A stretch of 64,000 bases of DNA from Granulicella sp. (GTDB lineage: Bacteria > Acidobacteriota > Terriglobia > Terriglobales > Acidobacteriaceae). Below are positions 54,348-64,000 of this stretch, piece after piece. Numbering within the stretch: the first letter of the stretch is position 1; each line of letters begins with the position of its first letter. The position numbers and the translations under genes are program-made. The notes beneath the pieces were generated by a model that was given only the letters and a program-made list of their open reading frames with translations, was not told the DNA's origin and did not search any database. The stretch covers positions 781,917-845,916 of the forward strand of contig OZ240669.1 in NCBI GenBank assembly GCA_965198635.1. The letters run 5' to 3'.

Positions 54348-56083
54348 AACCGTGGCCGTCCCAATTTCCCTCCGGCACGCTCGGCGAAGACGCCGTTGAC
54401 GGCGGTGCCGGCGATCCAGGTGAGGCCATCGGCGTCGGTGAGGCGGGCGCGGAAGGCGCTCTGCAGGTGCGCGACGGTATCGGTGGCGAGGACGGTGTGC
54501 TCCTCCTGTTCGAGGCAGGCAAAGTCGCCGGCAAGCCCATGGAGAAAGACGGCGGCCTCGACGGCTTCAGCGACGTTTTCAGGGTACTGCGCGAGCATGG
54601 CGGCGACGATGCCGGTGAGAATGTCGCCGGAGCCGCCTTTGGCCATGGATGGATTGCCGGTGGTATTTACGGCTACGCGGCCGTCGGGGTGGGCGACCAG
54701 GGTGCGCCAGCCTTTGAGGACGAGGGTGACGCCGTGCTCCGTGGCGAACCTGCGGGCGAGGTCGATGCGGTTGGATTCGATCTGCTTGATAGAGGAACCG
54801 AGGAGCCGGGCCATTTCGCCGGGGTGCGGCGTGAGGACGAGGGTGCGGGGCTTGCCTTTGGCATCTTTGGCAGCGGAGGCCTGCTTCAGGATGCCGGTGT
54901 GGCCGTCGAGACAGTTTAGGGCGTCGGCGTCGATCACCATGGGGAGCGTGACCTCCGCAACGAAGCGGCGGACGAAGCCGGGAGTGGTTCCCGCCTCGCC
55001 GAGGCCGGGCCCTATGCCGACGACGCTGATCTTCTTGAGCAGCTTTTCCAGGATTTTCGGTTCGAGGGTAGCGAGGGAGAGACCGCCGTCGCCGCTTTCG
55101 GCGCTCGGGGACTCGTCGAGGGCCGTGGTCATGAGTTCGGGGGTGATGCGGGCGACCTCGAGCAGGATTGACTTCGGCACGGCGGCGGTGACGAGACCGG
55201 CACCGGTACGCAGCGCGGAGAGGCTCATCATGGAGGGAGCGCCGGACTTGCCGAAGGCACCGCCGATCAGCAGAACGTGGCCGAACTTGCCCTTGTTACC
55301 GTCCACGCCGCGCGGCTTTTCGGCGATGGTCTTGGCGGTCCCAGCCCAGTGCAGGTTTAGTTCACTTTGGAGCGCCGTCTCGGGGGTGCCGATGTCACCG
55401 ACGACCACCGGGCCGAAGAGCTGGCCGGGGGTGAGGTGGCCAAAGATGTGGGCAAGCTTCGGGGCGGCAAAGGTGACGACGGCGTCGGCGCGGAAGGAAG
55501 GGATCTGTGAGTCAGGGCCGGGGTCGGGGCCGAGGTCAGGACCGGGGTCAGGGGCGTGGAGTGTGGTGGCGTCGGCATCCCAGCCGCTGGGCAGGTCGAC
55601 GGCGATGACCGGAACGGTTGACCGCGCGAGCAGATCGCGAGCGGCGGCGGCAAGACCGCGCAGAGGTGGCTTGAAGCCGGTACCGACGACGGCGTCCAGC
55701 ACCAGCGCGGCACCTTCCAGGGCAGACTGGAGGGCTACCTCATCGCCGGCCTCGAAGCCTTCGAGCCTGGTACCGGCGTGCGCCTCCGTGGCGGCGCCTT
55801 CCCAGGCCTCGAGCACCGGGCCACTCAGATCGGCGGCGTTGCCGAGCAGGATGACGCGGACCTCTCGGCCGGCGCTGGCCAGGTAACGTGCCGCCACCAT
55901 GCCATCGCCGCCGTTGTTGCCCTTTCCACAGAGGACGACGATCAAGCCGGCAGCCGGGCCGTGACGCAGGGTGAATTTTGCAACGGTCAGGCCGGCGCGA
56001 TCCATCAGTTTGGGGACCGGAACACCCATTTCGACCGAGCGCTTGTCGGCGGCGGCCATCTCCGCTGCTGAAACTATCCGCAT
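54344..56083 (-). CDS. nnr: bifunctional NAD(P)H-hydrate repair enzyme (epimerase/ADP-dependent dehydratase)
   Basis: N-terminal YjeF_N (VVLCGKGNNGGDG). C-terminal kinase-like domain (GKFGHVLLIGG, GSGDILTGIVAAML). Confidence 0.9.
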   Translation of the reverse strand: MRIVSAAEMAAADKRSVEMGVPVPKLMDRAGLTVAKFTLRHGPAAGLIVVLCGKGNNGGDGMVAARYLASAGREVRVILLGNAADLSGPVLEAWEGAATEAHAGTRLEGFEAGDEVALQSALEGAALVLDAVVGTGFKPPLRGLAAAARDLLARSTVPVIAVDLPSGWDADATTLHAPDPGPDLGPDPGPDSQIPSFRADAVVTFAAPKLAHIFGHLTPGQLFGPVVVGDIGTPETALQSELNLHWAGTAKTIAEKPRGVDGNKGKFGHVLLIGGAFGKSGAPSMMSLSALRTGAGLVTAAVPKSILLEVARITPELMTTALDESPSAESGDGGLSLATLEPKILEKLLKKISVVGIGPGLGEAGTTPGFVRRFVAEVTLPMVIDADALNCLDGHTGILKQASAAKDAKGKPRTLVLTPHPGEMARLLGSSIKQIESNRIDLARRFATEHGVTLVLKGWRTLVAHPDGRVAVNTTGNPSMAKGGSGDILTGIVAAMLAQYPENVAEAVEAAVFLHGLAGDFACLEQEEHTVLATDTVAHLQSAFRARLTDADGLTWIAGTAVNGVFAERAGGKLGRPRL

Positions 56084-56257
56084 GTCTGCCTCAGATTTCT
56101 TCTGATGCGTTTGGAGCCCTGATGGCCACGGAACGAGGTTTTCGATTTAGTCGTGTGTCTCCCGCGGCGGAGCGGTGGAATCTGCCCCTGGTGAGGTCGT
56201 GGCGACGGGGAAAGGCAGATCCCTCCCGCTGCGCTGCGGCTTATAAAAGCTGGAGGC

Positions 56258-57523
56258 CTATTGGCCGGTCGCGGCATGGGTGGAGGCGATCGCCGGGCCG
56301 TGGGGAGCGAAGTAGTTGCGTTCATACATTGCGCGATAGAACTGACCGGTGACCTCGGCGGCGCGGGGGCCGGAGAAACCACGGCTGCCGTCGAGGAAGA
56401 TCACCGTGACGATGCGGCCGGTGGGCGAGTCGCCGTAGCTGACGAACCAGCCGAAGTGAACGCCGTTGTTGGAGCAGGTACCGGTCTTGCCGAGGACCGG
56501 AAACTGCTCAAAATTCGCGTGGAGCGAGCGGGCGGTGCCGAAGTTGACCGCGCCGGCCATGCCCGGCATGATCTGCGGGATGACGTTCTGGATGTCGAGC
56601 AGGCGTTTGACGCGGGGGGTGAACTCAGCGGCAGCCTCGGATGTGGTGGGGTGCTGCAGATAGTAGAGGGTGCCGCCGTTAGCGATGGCCGAGACCAGGG
56701 CACCCAGCTGCAGCGGCGTCATGGAGATCGATTCACCGAAGGAGCACATGCGGCCGACGCCGCCCTTGTTGTGGGGCAGCTCGGTGTCTGGGTAAACGCC
56801 GAGTTGCTCGCCCTGGATGCCGTAGCCGGCCAGTTCGCCCAAGCCGAACTCGTTGGCATAGTGCTTGATGCGTTCAAAGCCCATCGCGCGGCCGAGGACT
56901 TCGAAGTAGAGATTTACACTGCGGGCGAGGGCGGTGGTGAGGTCCAGCGCGTAGTGACCGCCCAGGTTTACGGGGGTGTTGGCGGTGACGAGACCTTCCT
57001 TGAGCGCGGCAAGCGCCACGGAGACCTTGATGGTGGAGCAGGGTTCAGCGCCGGCGCTGAGGGCAAGGCGCTGGTTGACCATGGCGAGGATGCGGCCGGA
57101 GGAGGGATCGATGGCCAGTGCGGTGCCGTTCAGATTGCCGAGCGCTTCAATGGCGGCGGCGCGTACCACCGGATCTTCGCCGGCGGTAACGTCACCGGCA
57201 GTGAGGTAGCCCGGGGTGGCATTGAAGCTGCTGGCGAAGGCGCGCTCGCTTGGGTTGGGCGCAATGACCGTAGGCGCGGCCGCGAAGCGGAGCGACTGGC
57301 GGCCACGGACGGCGTAGCCGTGGCGTGTAGCTACAATTCGCCCGTTACCGTGCCCACGAAAGCGGGCCGGAGCCACGCGCGCTCCCCGGCGGGACGCGTG
57401 AGCGGCGCCGGAGGCGGCGGGGCGGCGCGCTACGGCCTTGGCCGGGTGGCGGCGTCCGGCGGCGTGGCCCGGGATGCTGAGCCAAAGCGAGGTAAACAGG
57501 AGCAGGCAGGTGGCACGGAGCAA
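56258..57523 (-). CDS. penicillin-binding transpeptidase-domain protein
   Basis: Signal peptide, active-site STIK, SxN-like region, and KTGT. Confidence 0.8.
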   Translation of the reverse strand: MLRATCLLLFTSLWLSIPGHAAGRRHPAKAVARRPAASGAAHASRRGARVAPARFRGHGNGRIVATRHGYAVRGRQSLRFAAAPTVIAPNPSERAFASSFNATPGYLTAGDVTAGEDPVVRAAAIEALGNLNGTALAIDPSSGRILAMVNQRLALSAGAEPCSTIKVSVALAALKEGLVTANTPVNLGGHYALDLTTALARSVNLYFEVLGRAMGFERIKHYANEFGLGELAGYGIQGEQLGVYPDTELPHNKGGVGRMCSFGESISMTPLQLGALVSAIANGGTLYYLQHPTTSEAAAEFTPRVKRLLDIQNVIPQIMPGMAGAVNFGTARSLHANFEQFPVLGKTGTCSNNGVHFGWFVSYGDSPTGRIVTVIFLDGSRGFSGPRAAEVTGQFYRAMYERNYFAPHGPAIASTHAATGQ

Positions 57524-57609
57524 AACGGTGTCTCTTTCGCGTTGAACATCTGAGAAGTATGTGGGACGTCCGAACCTTCGGCGCTGAGTATGCTCCCCTT
57601 GCCGGTCGC

Positions 57610-59289
57610 CTAGTGACTGCGACGAAGGAACGCCGGGATATCGAGTTCATCCGTGCCGTTGGAGGCGCTCCCCGCGTCGGCGTATCCGGCAAAGGAAGGA
57701 ACGCGCGCCTGGGGCAAGGGTGCGGGCGCGGGCGGCTCCGAGACCATCCCCACCCTGGGGGACACCGGCCCACCGGAGGTGTTAGACGCAGCCGGGGCCT
57801 CACCGGACCAGGCGGTCTGGCTGCTGGCGCGCAGTTCGTCATTGCCCTTCTGGAAGAAGTCATCGTCGAAGACCGAGGCGGAGACCGGAAGCAGCTCCTG
57901 AGGCGCGGTTTTCTCCGGGACGCCGGCGTGCAGGCTTAGCTGACCGTTGCCGCCGGCTTCGGTAATACGGCCGGCTTCGGGTTTTTCGGCCTCGGACGGC
58001 GGGGAGGGCGGAGCCGGGACGGTTGCCGAGGTTGAGGTTACGGTCGCGGGACGCTCGGCGATGACCGGAACGAAGCTGGCGCGGGCGGGCACGTCCTGAC
58101 GTTCGGCGTGGGCCTCGGTGCGGTTGACGGGAACACCGGCGGGGCCGGCGGAGATCTGAGGAGCGGCATTGCGTTCGCTGGCGAAGGACGCCTGCGGCAC
58201 ACGGGGCGAGATACGCGGCGTGAACGGCGTGGAGGCCGGTCCATCCGGTTCGCCGACGGTGCCGAGCATGCGTTCGCGGCGCTGCGGCTGCGACTCCCGG
58301 AAGCCGGTGGCGATGACGGTGATCTTGACGTCGTCGCCCATATTTTCGTCCTGGACGGCGCCGAAGATGATGTTGGCATCCTCGTGGGCGGCGTCCTGGA
58401 TGATCGTGGAGGCCTCGTTGACCTCCGACAGCTTCAGGTTGCTGGAGCCGGTGATGTTGATGAGGATGCCGCGGGCGCCGTCGATGGCGCCAGACTCCAG
58501 CAGCGGCGAGGCCATGGCGGCCTGGGCGGCCTCACGGGCGCGATCCGGACCGGTGCGCTGGGCCGTGCCCATGACGGAGTAGCCCATGCCGGCCATGGTG
58601 GTCTTTACGTCGGCGAAGTCGCGATTGATGACGCCGGGGATGGTGATGATGTCCGAGATGCCCTGCACGCCCTGGCGGAGAACGTCATCGGCGATGCGGA
58701 AGCTTTCAAAGAAGCCTGCGTCCTTGGCGACGGCGAGCAGTTTTTCGTTGGGGATGACGATGAGGGTGTCGACGGATTCAAGCAGCTCCTGCATGCCGCG
58801 TTCGGCCTGCATCATGCGGCGCTTGCCTTCGAAACCGAAGGGCCGGGTGACGACGGCGACGGTGAGCGCGCCCATCTCGCTGGCCAGCGAGGCGATGACC
58901 GGAGCGGCGCCGGTGCCGGTGCCGCCGCCGAGGCCGGCGGTGACGAAGACCATGTCCGCGCCTTCGAGCGCTTCAATGATTTTGTCGGAATCTTCGAGTG
59001 CGGCGCGGCGGCCCACGTCGGGGTTCGCGCCTGCACCCAGGCCAGCGGTGAGCTTAACGCCGAGCTGCAACTTTACGGGGGCATTGGAGGTTTCAAGCGC
59101 CTGCGCGTCGGTGTTGGCGGCGATGAACTCCACGCCTTCCACCTTGGCCGCGATCATGCGGTTGACGGCGTTGTTGCCGCCTCCGCCGACACCGATCACC
59201 TTGATGCGCGCGGAGCGCTGGGTCTCGTCGTGGTAGTGAATGCGCAGCGCGTCGTCTGAGTGAAGGGGCTGGGGAGTCTGGGTCGACAT
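57610..59289 (-). CDS. ftsZ: cell division protein FtsZ
   Basis: ATG 59289 (MSTQTPQ) within ORF 57610..59763. [26 protein letters not shown], a long Pro/Ala-rich linker, and the C-terminal peptide [11 protein letters not shown]. Confidence 0.95.
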   Translation of the reverse strand: MSTQTPQPLHSDDALRIHYHDETQRSARIKVIGVGGGGNNAVNRMIAAKVEGVEFIAANTDAQALETSNAPVKLQLGVKLTAGLGAGANPDVGRRAALEDSDKIIEALEGADMVFVTAGLGGGTGTGAAPVIASLASEMGALTVAVVTRPFGFEGKRRMMQAERGMQELLESVDTLIVIPNEKLLAVAKDAGFFESFRIADDVLRQGVQGISDIITIPGVINRDFADVKTTMAGMGYSVMGTAQRTGPDRAREAAQAAMASPLLESGAIDGARGILINITGSSNLKLSEVNEASTIIQDAAHEDANIIFGAVQDENMGDDVKITVIATGFRESQPQRRERMLGTVGEPDGPASTPFTPRISPRVPQASFASERNAAPQISAGPAGVPVNRTEAHAERQDVPARASFVPVIAERPATVTSTSATVPAPPSPPSEAEKPEAGRITEAGGNGQLSLHAGVPEKTAPQELLPVSASVFDDDFFQKGNDELRASSQTAWSGEAPAASNTSGGPVSPRVGMVSEPPAPAPLPQARVPSFAGYADAGSASNGTDELDIPAFLRRSH

Positions 59290-59533
59290 GCGAGGGTGCT
59301 CTCCTAGGCAGTTCTCCTGATGCTGTGCCATCAGCAATGTTGTTGAATGCCAGTTTCGTTGAGGAAAACTGGCGCACACTGTACCGGCTCCGCGATGCAC
59401 CTTCAGGAGAACTGCACGGGCCTGGGAGCCGATGGTTTGATTCTCGCCGGAACGGCCAGCGTACGTGCAACAACAATGGGGCAACGTGCGTGAGGCCGTA
59501 CCTAGCTCGGTTCCATTTCGGGAAGCGCGGCCC

Positions 59534-60160
59534 TTAGCGGGTGGTGTGAAAGACGATGCCGGCACCGATGGACTCGAGGCCATGCGTGCTGCCGCCGCCA
59601 AGCAGTGCGCCGCCGCCGAATTCGATGGCGCGGATGTCCATGTACGGCAGGATGGGAACATCCACGCCGACCAGACCTTCAAACTCGCCGTAGTTGCTGA
59701 GCGGATAGGTGCTGAGGACGTTGACCGAGCCGAACCGGGCGTAGCCGCCGGCGATTTCGGCATAGGGGCGGATGAATTTGATGGGCGTGCCGAAACTGGC
59801 GCGCACGCCGCCCAGCGCCGTGTACTGCCGAATCACATCGGAGCTGGTGAGGTTCTCAAATGTGTCCTTGCTGCTGTTGAGCACACCCCCGCGCACATCG
59901 AAGCCGATGCGGGCGGGACCGAAGTTGCGGAAGTCATAGTAAGCGCCGAAGTTGGCTCCATAGGGCTTTACGGAGACATTGGTGCCTGTGGTCGTGCATC
60001 CGGTGGTGGGGGCGGCGGTCACGGTCATGCACTTGAAGCTGCTGAGGTTCTCGCCGGTAATCGTTGCGTAGACGCCGAATTGGGCATGGGCGTGGGCCGT
60101 GCCCAACAGGGCAAGGAGGACGAACGACGGCAGCAGCTTGCGAAACAGCATGACTCTCAT
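59534..60160 (-). CDS. outer-membrane beta-barrel protein (OmpW/opacity-porin-like)
   Basis: ATG 60160 ([27 protein letters not shown]) within ORF 59534..60190. Alternating beta-strand pattern with aromatic girdle residues. Confidence 0.7.
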   Translation of the reverse strand: MRVMLFRKLLPSFVLLALLGTAHAHAQFGVYATITGENLSSFKCMTVTAAPTTGCTTTGTNVSVKPYGANFGAYYDFRNFGPARIGFDVRGGVLNSSKDTFENLTSSDVIRQYTALGGVRASFGTPIKFIRPYAEIAGGYARFGSVNVLSTYPLSNYGEFEGLVGVDVPILPYMDIRAIEFGGGALLGGGSTHGLESIGAGIVFHTTR

Positions 60161-60334
60161 TCTATCAACGCCGCCGTGGCCCGGCTGCACAGCTTGAGCG
60201 CATTGCCGGTTTAAACCTTAGAGGATCTCCCCAGCCGGGGCGAAGGCCTTGTCTCCTGCAAAGAGGCGAAAAAGCCCCGCAGGACAAGACCTGGAGCGCG
60301 TCAATCGCTCAGACAGCGTATCGCTCTCCGACGG

Positions 60335-60853
60335 CTACGCCGACTTGATTGTTCCTACCGGACGTGCGGAAAAGCGCAAAAAGACGGCGCCCGCAGCGAT
60401 GCCCGCAAGCAGAAGAGTCCATGTGGCGGGCTCGGGAACCGGGGAAAGTGACGCGTCGGAGACGGTGAGAGTACCTTCCCCGTCCGTGAAGCCATCGGCA
60501 ATCACGAAGGTTCCGGGATGAAATGTAATCCCTGTACCGGCCCCGGAGTAGAAAGGTTCCGAACCTGTATCGATAAGGAAGAACAAGGAACTGCTCAGGT
60601 TTGTGGTGAACGTTGCCGCGACCGTGTTTCCCGAGATCGGCGTACCGTTTTCCTCAATGGTGGTGTCGCTAAACGAGGCACCGCCGTCTGCTACAGCGGT
60701 AGCCGTCGTCGTATCCAGTGAGAAATCGAAGCTGACTGGGGAGGAGCTAAGAGCAGAACTCTCCGTGTCGTGGAAGGTATACGTCGTTGCCGATGCCACC
60801 TTAGGCAAAAGCATCATGAAAGCAGCAGCAGCAACTAATCCAATGCGCGTCAT
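60335..60853 (-). CDS. PEP-CTERM sorting-domain protein
   Basis: Signal peptide MTRIGLVAAAAFMMLLPKVASA. C-terminal VPEPATWTLLLAGIAAGAVFLRFSARP (PEP motif, TM, basic tail). Confidence 0.8.
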   Translation of the reverse strand: MTRIGLVAAAAFMMLLPKVASATTYTFHDTESSALSSSPVSFDFSLDTTTATAVADGGASFSDTTIEENGTPISGNTVAATFTTNLSSSLFFLIDTGSEPFYSGAGTGITFHPGTFVIADGFTDGEGTLTVSDASLSPVPEPATWTLLLAGIAAGAVFLRFSARPVGTIKSA

Positions 60854-60981
60854 CGTTTCTCCTTGCGGCTTATCAGAATTACCAGGATAGAGATCCCTCG
60901 TAGACTGACCACAAACTGACCCTAGGCTACATGCATTCGAGCCGGGATCAACACAAAATCATCCAGGAATGAAAAGAACAG

Positions 60982-61112
60982 ACGTACGTAGACGTTCATG
61001 CCCGTGGCGGTGCAGCCTGTGGTGGGCGCAACCGTGGTGGTTACGCAACGGAAGCTGCTCAGATTGCGCCGGTCACCGTGCCATAGACGCCGCATTGGGC
61101 CCGTGGGCGTCA
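60982..61112 (-). pseudogene. frameshifted, truncated fragment of a paralog of the OM beta-barrel gene
   Basis: About 130 nt align by eye (roughly 70% identity) to 59965..60100 of the intact gene (region encoding [36 protein letters not shown]). There is a 1-nt deletion, an in-frame TGA, and no signal peptide or 3' part. Confidence 0.6.
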
Positions 61113-61167
61113 GGTAGGGATAGCTCGCCGGTCGTTTTTTGAGCAGAAGGCTTGGAGGGAAGCCCGG

Positions 61168-62196
61168 TCAGTTTGTAAGTATCACAAAATTCGAGTATCC
61201 CGGCGCGTAAATGCCCGCACCCGCGAACTGCACCAGCAACAGGTGCGTCCCTGCCGTAAATGTGCTGGTGAATGTAGTCGTCCCGGATGATACCGTGCCT
61301 GACGCGATCAAACGGCCATCATCGAAGATATTGTACGGGCCGGTTGCCGTGGCCGGATCAATGGTAAGTGTGAGGGTCACCGGGTTTCCCGCCACGGCTG
61401 GATCTGGCGAGACACTCAGCAACAAGGTTGGATTGACCACAAAAGGCTGAGTGACGATAAATTGAAGCTGGTTGGAGAGGCTAGGTGCATAGGTTGCAGA
61501 GCCGTTATAAGTTGCGAAAAGGTCATGCGTGAAAGGTCCCACAAAGGCGAAGAGAGTACGATCCACCGCGATTCCAGAAGAGTTGAGCGGAAATGTTTCG
61601 AGAGTTCCTCCCCCTGACAAGCCGTCATAGAAAGAGACCGTGCCGGTCGCGGACGAAGGCACCACGGTAGCCGTCAGTATGTAAGGTGGCCCACCTACAA
61701 AACTGGAACTCTCGCTTGCCGTTAGAGTGATACTCGTGGGTTGGATTGAGGCAGCCGAGACAACCACCGTAACGGCAGCCGAGGTGCTGGGTGCGTACAT
61801 TGAAGAGCCGCTGTAACTAGCCGTCAACGTGTGACTTCCAGATACCAGCGATGCTGTCGGGAATGCCGCAGAGCCGGAACTGAGTGGGTTTGAGCCCAGG
61901 GCAAGCGAGCCGTCGTAGAAGGTAACTGTGCCACTCGCGGTTGCAGGATTTACAGTGGCGTTCAGAGTGATCGCTATGCCAGACGAAATGCTGGTAGCGG
62001 AGGGAACAAGAGTTATGGCCGTCTCGATCAGCGCCGAGGGACCTTCGTAGGAGGATCTTACCGTGGTGCAGCCAGCAGCCAGTCCCAGAAAAAGGGCGAG
62101 CAACAGACATCGACCCCCCGAACCACGAGCAGTTCGGAAAGACGCGCCTACAGCGATGCAGGAAGCCAAACCGCAGATTGTCTTCAGTGAGATCAC
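61168..62196 (-). CDS. Ig-like domain repeat lipoprotein
   Basis: Within ORF 61168..62415. Proposed GTG start at 62196, 20 nt after the ftsA stop. Lipobox LGLAAGC. Three repeats of the pattern ATV.P..ATGTV.FYDG...GSH.L.A.Y.GS..YAPS. Confidence 0.7.
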   Translation of the reverse strand: MISLKTICGLASCIAVGASFRTARGSGGRCLLLALFLGLAAGCTTVRSSYEGPSALIETAITLVPSATSISSGIAITLNATVNPATASGTVTFYDGSLALGSNPLSSGSAAFPTASLVSGSHTLTASYSGSSMYAPSTSAAVTVVVSAASIQPTSITLTASESSSFVGGPPYILTATVVPSSATGTVSFYDGLSGGGTLETFPLNSSGIAVDRTLFAFVGPFTHDLFATYNGSATYAPSLSNQLQFIVTQPFVVNPTLLLSVSPDPAVAGNPVTLTLTIDPATATGPYNIFDDGRLIASGTVSSGTTTFTSTFTAGTHLLLVQFAGAGIYAPGYSNFVILTN

Positions 62197-62215
62197 AAAG
62201 AGGAAAGCACTACGC

Positions 62216-63439
62216 CTAGAAGCTGCCCTTGAACAGGCCCTGAATCTTGGCCTTGAGCCCCTGCTCCTCATTGGCCTTGCGAATCTGCGTGCGGTGCGTG
62301 TAGAGCAGCATGCCGATGAGGGTGGAGAACTCCGGCCGTGCGAGCTCGGGCGGCATGCCGGGCAGGGGGACGGGGTAGCCGATGCGGGCGGGGACGCGGA
62401 GGAGGCTTTCGGCATGGTCGAGAAGGCCGGGTAGAAGGGCGCCGCCGCCGGTGAAGACGACCCCGGTGCCCATGGCCTCCAGCACGCCGCCGGCGCGCAG
62501 GTTGTCGCGCAGCATGGTGAGCAGTTCGCGGGCGCGCGGTTCGAGGATTTCGGCGAGAAAACGCTGCCGGATCATGCGCGGGGCACTGCCGGTGAGCGTG
62601 AGATCGCCGCCGACTTCGATCTCATTCAGCTGCGGCACCGCGGTCACGACGCAATGGCCGTACTGGCGCTTGACCATCTCGGCCTCTTCGACGCCGACGT
62701 GCAGGCCCACGGCCAGATCGTTGGTGAAGTGGTCGCCGCCGATGGGCAGCACGGCGGTATGGGCGACGGCGGATTCGAAGTAGACGACCAGTTCGGTGGA
62801 GCTGGCGCCGATGTCGGCGAGGCAGACGCCGAGTTCGCGCTCGTCGGGGTGGAGGACGGCTTCGGCGGAGGCGATGCCCTCAAAGACCGTGTCGATGACT
62901 TCGAGACCAGCCTTATTGGCGCAGGTGACGACGGATTGCGCGGCGGAGCCGGAGCAGGTGGAGAGGTGGAGGTTGACCTCCAGCCGGTTGCCGACCATGC
63001 CGACGGGGTCATGGATGCCGGCCTGGTCGTCGAGGATGAACTGTTGCGGGAGCAGATGGAGGACTTCGCGGTCGGGAGCGAGGCCCACGGAGCGGGCGCG
63101 GTCGATGGCCGAACGCACGTCTTCGCGGGTGATCTCCTTCATGCGGCTGCCCATGCTGATGCCGCCCTGCGAGTTCATGCCCTTGATGTGCGGTCCGCCG
63201 ATGCCGACGACGGCGGTTTCGATGGGGGCCTTGGTGGTCTTTTCGGCGGCGAGCGCGGCCTTGTCGATGACCTCGATGGCGGGGCCGAGATCGGAAATCA
63301 TGCCGCGGCGCATGCCCTTAGAGACCTCAACGCCGTGGCCGCGGTAGCGGAGACCTTCGCCGGCTTCGGCGACAAGGACCGCGCTTTTACTGCTGCCGGC
63401 GTCGAGAACGGTGATCAGGTTGCTGGTTTTCGGATTCAT
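62216..63439 (-). CDS. ftsA: cell division protein FtsA
   Basis: Actin-like ATPase motifs (VLDAGSSKSAVLVAE, DIGASSTELVVY, FTGGGALLPGL) and a C-terminal amphipathic helix KIQGLFKGSF. Confidence 0.95.
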   Translation of the reverse strand: MNPKTSNLITVLDAGSSKSAVLVAEAGEGLRYRGHGVEVSKGMRRGMISDLGPAIEVIDKAALAAEKTTKAPIETAVVGIGGPHIKGMNSQGGISMGSRMKEITREDVRSAIDRARSVGLAPDREVLHLLPQQFILDDQAGIHDPVGMVGNRLEVNLHLSTCSGSAAQSVVTCANKAGLEVIDTVFEGIASAEAVLHPDERELGVCLADIGASSTELVVYFESAVAHTAVLPIGGDHFTNDLAVGLHVGVEEAEMVKRQYGHCVVTAVPQLNEIEVGGDLTLTGSAPRMIRQRFLAEILEPRARELLTMLRDNLRAGGVLEAMGTGVVFTGGGALLPGLLDHAESLLRVPARIGYPVPLPGMPPELARPEFSTLIGMLLYTHRTQIRKANEEQGLKAKIQGLFKGSF

Positions 63440-63571
63440 CGATGCACCTGAGTCAGGATTTTGCTTCGCCGCCGCCCCTGCGGGAGGCGCGTTGCTGCTT
63501 TGCGTCGCGGAATATCTCTACCCTACTCCGTCCGGCAGTTCGCCTGGGGCAGGATGCGGCCGGGGCGTACC

Positions 63572-64000
63572 TCAGCGGCGACCTGCCGCCTGAGCGTGGC
63601 GCAGGGTGGCGAGCCGGCCGGCAGCCCACGCCGATTTGCGCGCGGGTTGGGCGTCCCGGGCAGCGGCGGCTTTGCGCTTCGAGCCGGGCGCCACCGGCAC
63701 CTGGACGTGAGGTGCAAGCAGGGTGGAAGGCGCCAGCGGGGCCGCCCCGGCGCCTTCGATCGCCGCGGCGTTGATGCCGGGCTGCATCTCCAGCACCACC
63801 TGGCGCTCATAGCGCATGTCGGCGGAGGCGAGGTGCGGGTACTGTGTGCGCCACTCGGGGAGGTGCTTTTCGAACTCCTGATAGCGGTGCAGAAAATCCT
63901 CATCCCCGAAGTGCACGAGAATGTCGGCGCCGTCAGAGGTGACGAGGGACTTGACGTCCTCGGGGTTGGTGACATCGACCTCCGAGAGCGACTGCGTCAC
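63572..64000 (-). CDS. ftsQ: cell division protein FtsQ, C-terminal part (5' end beyond window)
   Basis: Lies upstream of ftsA in the same orientation. Beta-domain-like sequence (VDVTNPEDVKSLVTSDGADILVHFGDEDFLHRYQEF) plus a basic Pro/Ala tail. The ORF is open to the window edge. Confidence 0.7.
   Translation of the reverse strand: MTQSLSEVDVTNPEDVKSLVTSDGADILVHFGDEDFLHRYQEFEKHLPEWRTQYPHLASADMRYERQVVLEMQPGINAAAIEGAGAAPLAPSTLLAPHVQVPVAPGSKRKAAAARDAQPARKSAWAAGRLATLRHAQAAGRR

Noticed and set aside
53799-55886. 695-aa ORF on the plus strand
   Set aside because: It is antisense to tsaE and nnr, which carry clear family motifs. The product is low-complexity and Ala/Arg/Pro/Ser-rich, as is typical of shadow ORFs in high-GC DNA.
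56261-57553. 430-aa plus-strand ORF
   Set aside because: It is antisense to the penicillin-binding transpeptidase gene (STIK and KTGT motifs are on the minus strand). The product is Gly/Ala-rich.
58108-59259. 383-aa plus-strand ORF
   Set aside because: It is antisense to ftsZ.
59290-59763. N-terminal 158-codon extension of the ftsZ ORF
   Set aside because: The extension has no FtsZ similarity and overlaps the 3' end of the OM beta-barrel gene. The conserved FtsZ N-terminus follows the ATG at 59289.
61817-62110. Alternative-frame ATG ORF (MSVARPF...) suggesting a frameshift at the 5' end of the Ig-like gene
   Set aside because: The main frame itself encodes a proper signal peptide and lipobox (LLLALFLGLAAGC) reachable from an in-frame GTG or TTG. 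No frameshift is needed.
1-64000. Mobile elements, prophage, integrative islands or known defence systems
   Set aside because: I saw no transposase, integrase, recombinase, phage structural, restriction-modification, cas, or abortive-infection-like genes. The lone HNH protein at 22527..23102 has no partner genes. The tRNA-Thr has no adjacent integrase or direct repeat of its 3' end.

Overview
High-GC chromosomal segment. Gene content, PEP-CTERM and Ig-like-repeat exported proteins, and a GTCATCCTGAGC...GAAGGACC palindromic repeat family suggest an acidobacterial (Terriglobia-like) genome; this placement is inference only. I can support about 60 protein genes and one tRNA-Thr(CGU). Recognisable housekeeping genes are alaS, recX, fhs, uvdE, ssb, ctaB, cyaY, pncA, ispA, the uppS-(histidine kinase)-cdsA-dxr-rseP cluster, tsaE-nnr, and the division genes ftsQ, ftsA and ftsZ. 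There are also several enzymes, transporters and secreted or membrane hypotheticals. I found no rRNA, CRISPR array, transposase, integrase, prophage or recognisable defence system. I cannot honestly point to a clear multi-gene novel system. The best candidates for follow-up are: (1) about 2.9 kb of more AT-rich exported-protein genes plus a decayed paralog wedged between ftsA and ftsZ; (2) a UvdE with a histone-H1-like lysine-rich tail, translationally coupled to a compact RecJ-like DHH protein; (3) an uncharacterised, possibly RNase-H-like gene coupled to recX between recX and alaS; (4) an AT-rich in-frame insertion in alaS; (5) an unlisted 38-codon ORF with a strong SD and strong terminator behind a long AT-rich leader; (6) several tandem and palindromic repeat arrays in intergenic regions. 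All functional calls rest on motif recognition from memory, since no BLAST, HMM or Rfam search could be run. CDS starts are often ambiguous because the ORF track uses ATG, GTG and TTG starts. Many long ORFs in the track are antisense shadow ORFs typical of high-GC DNA.
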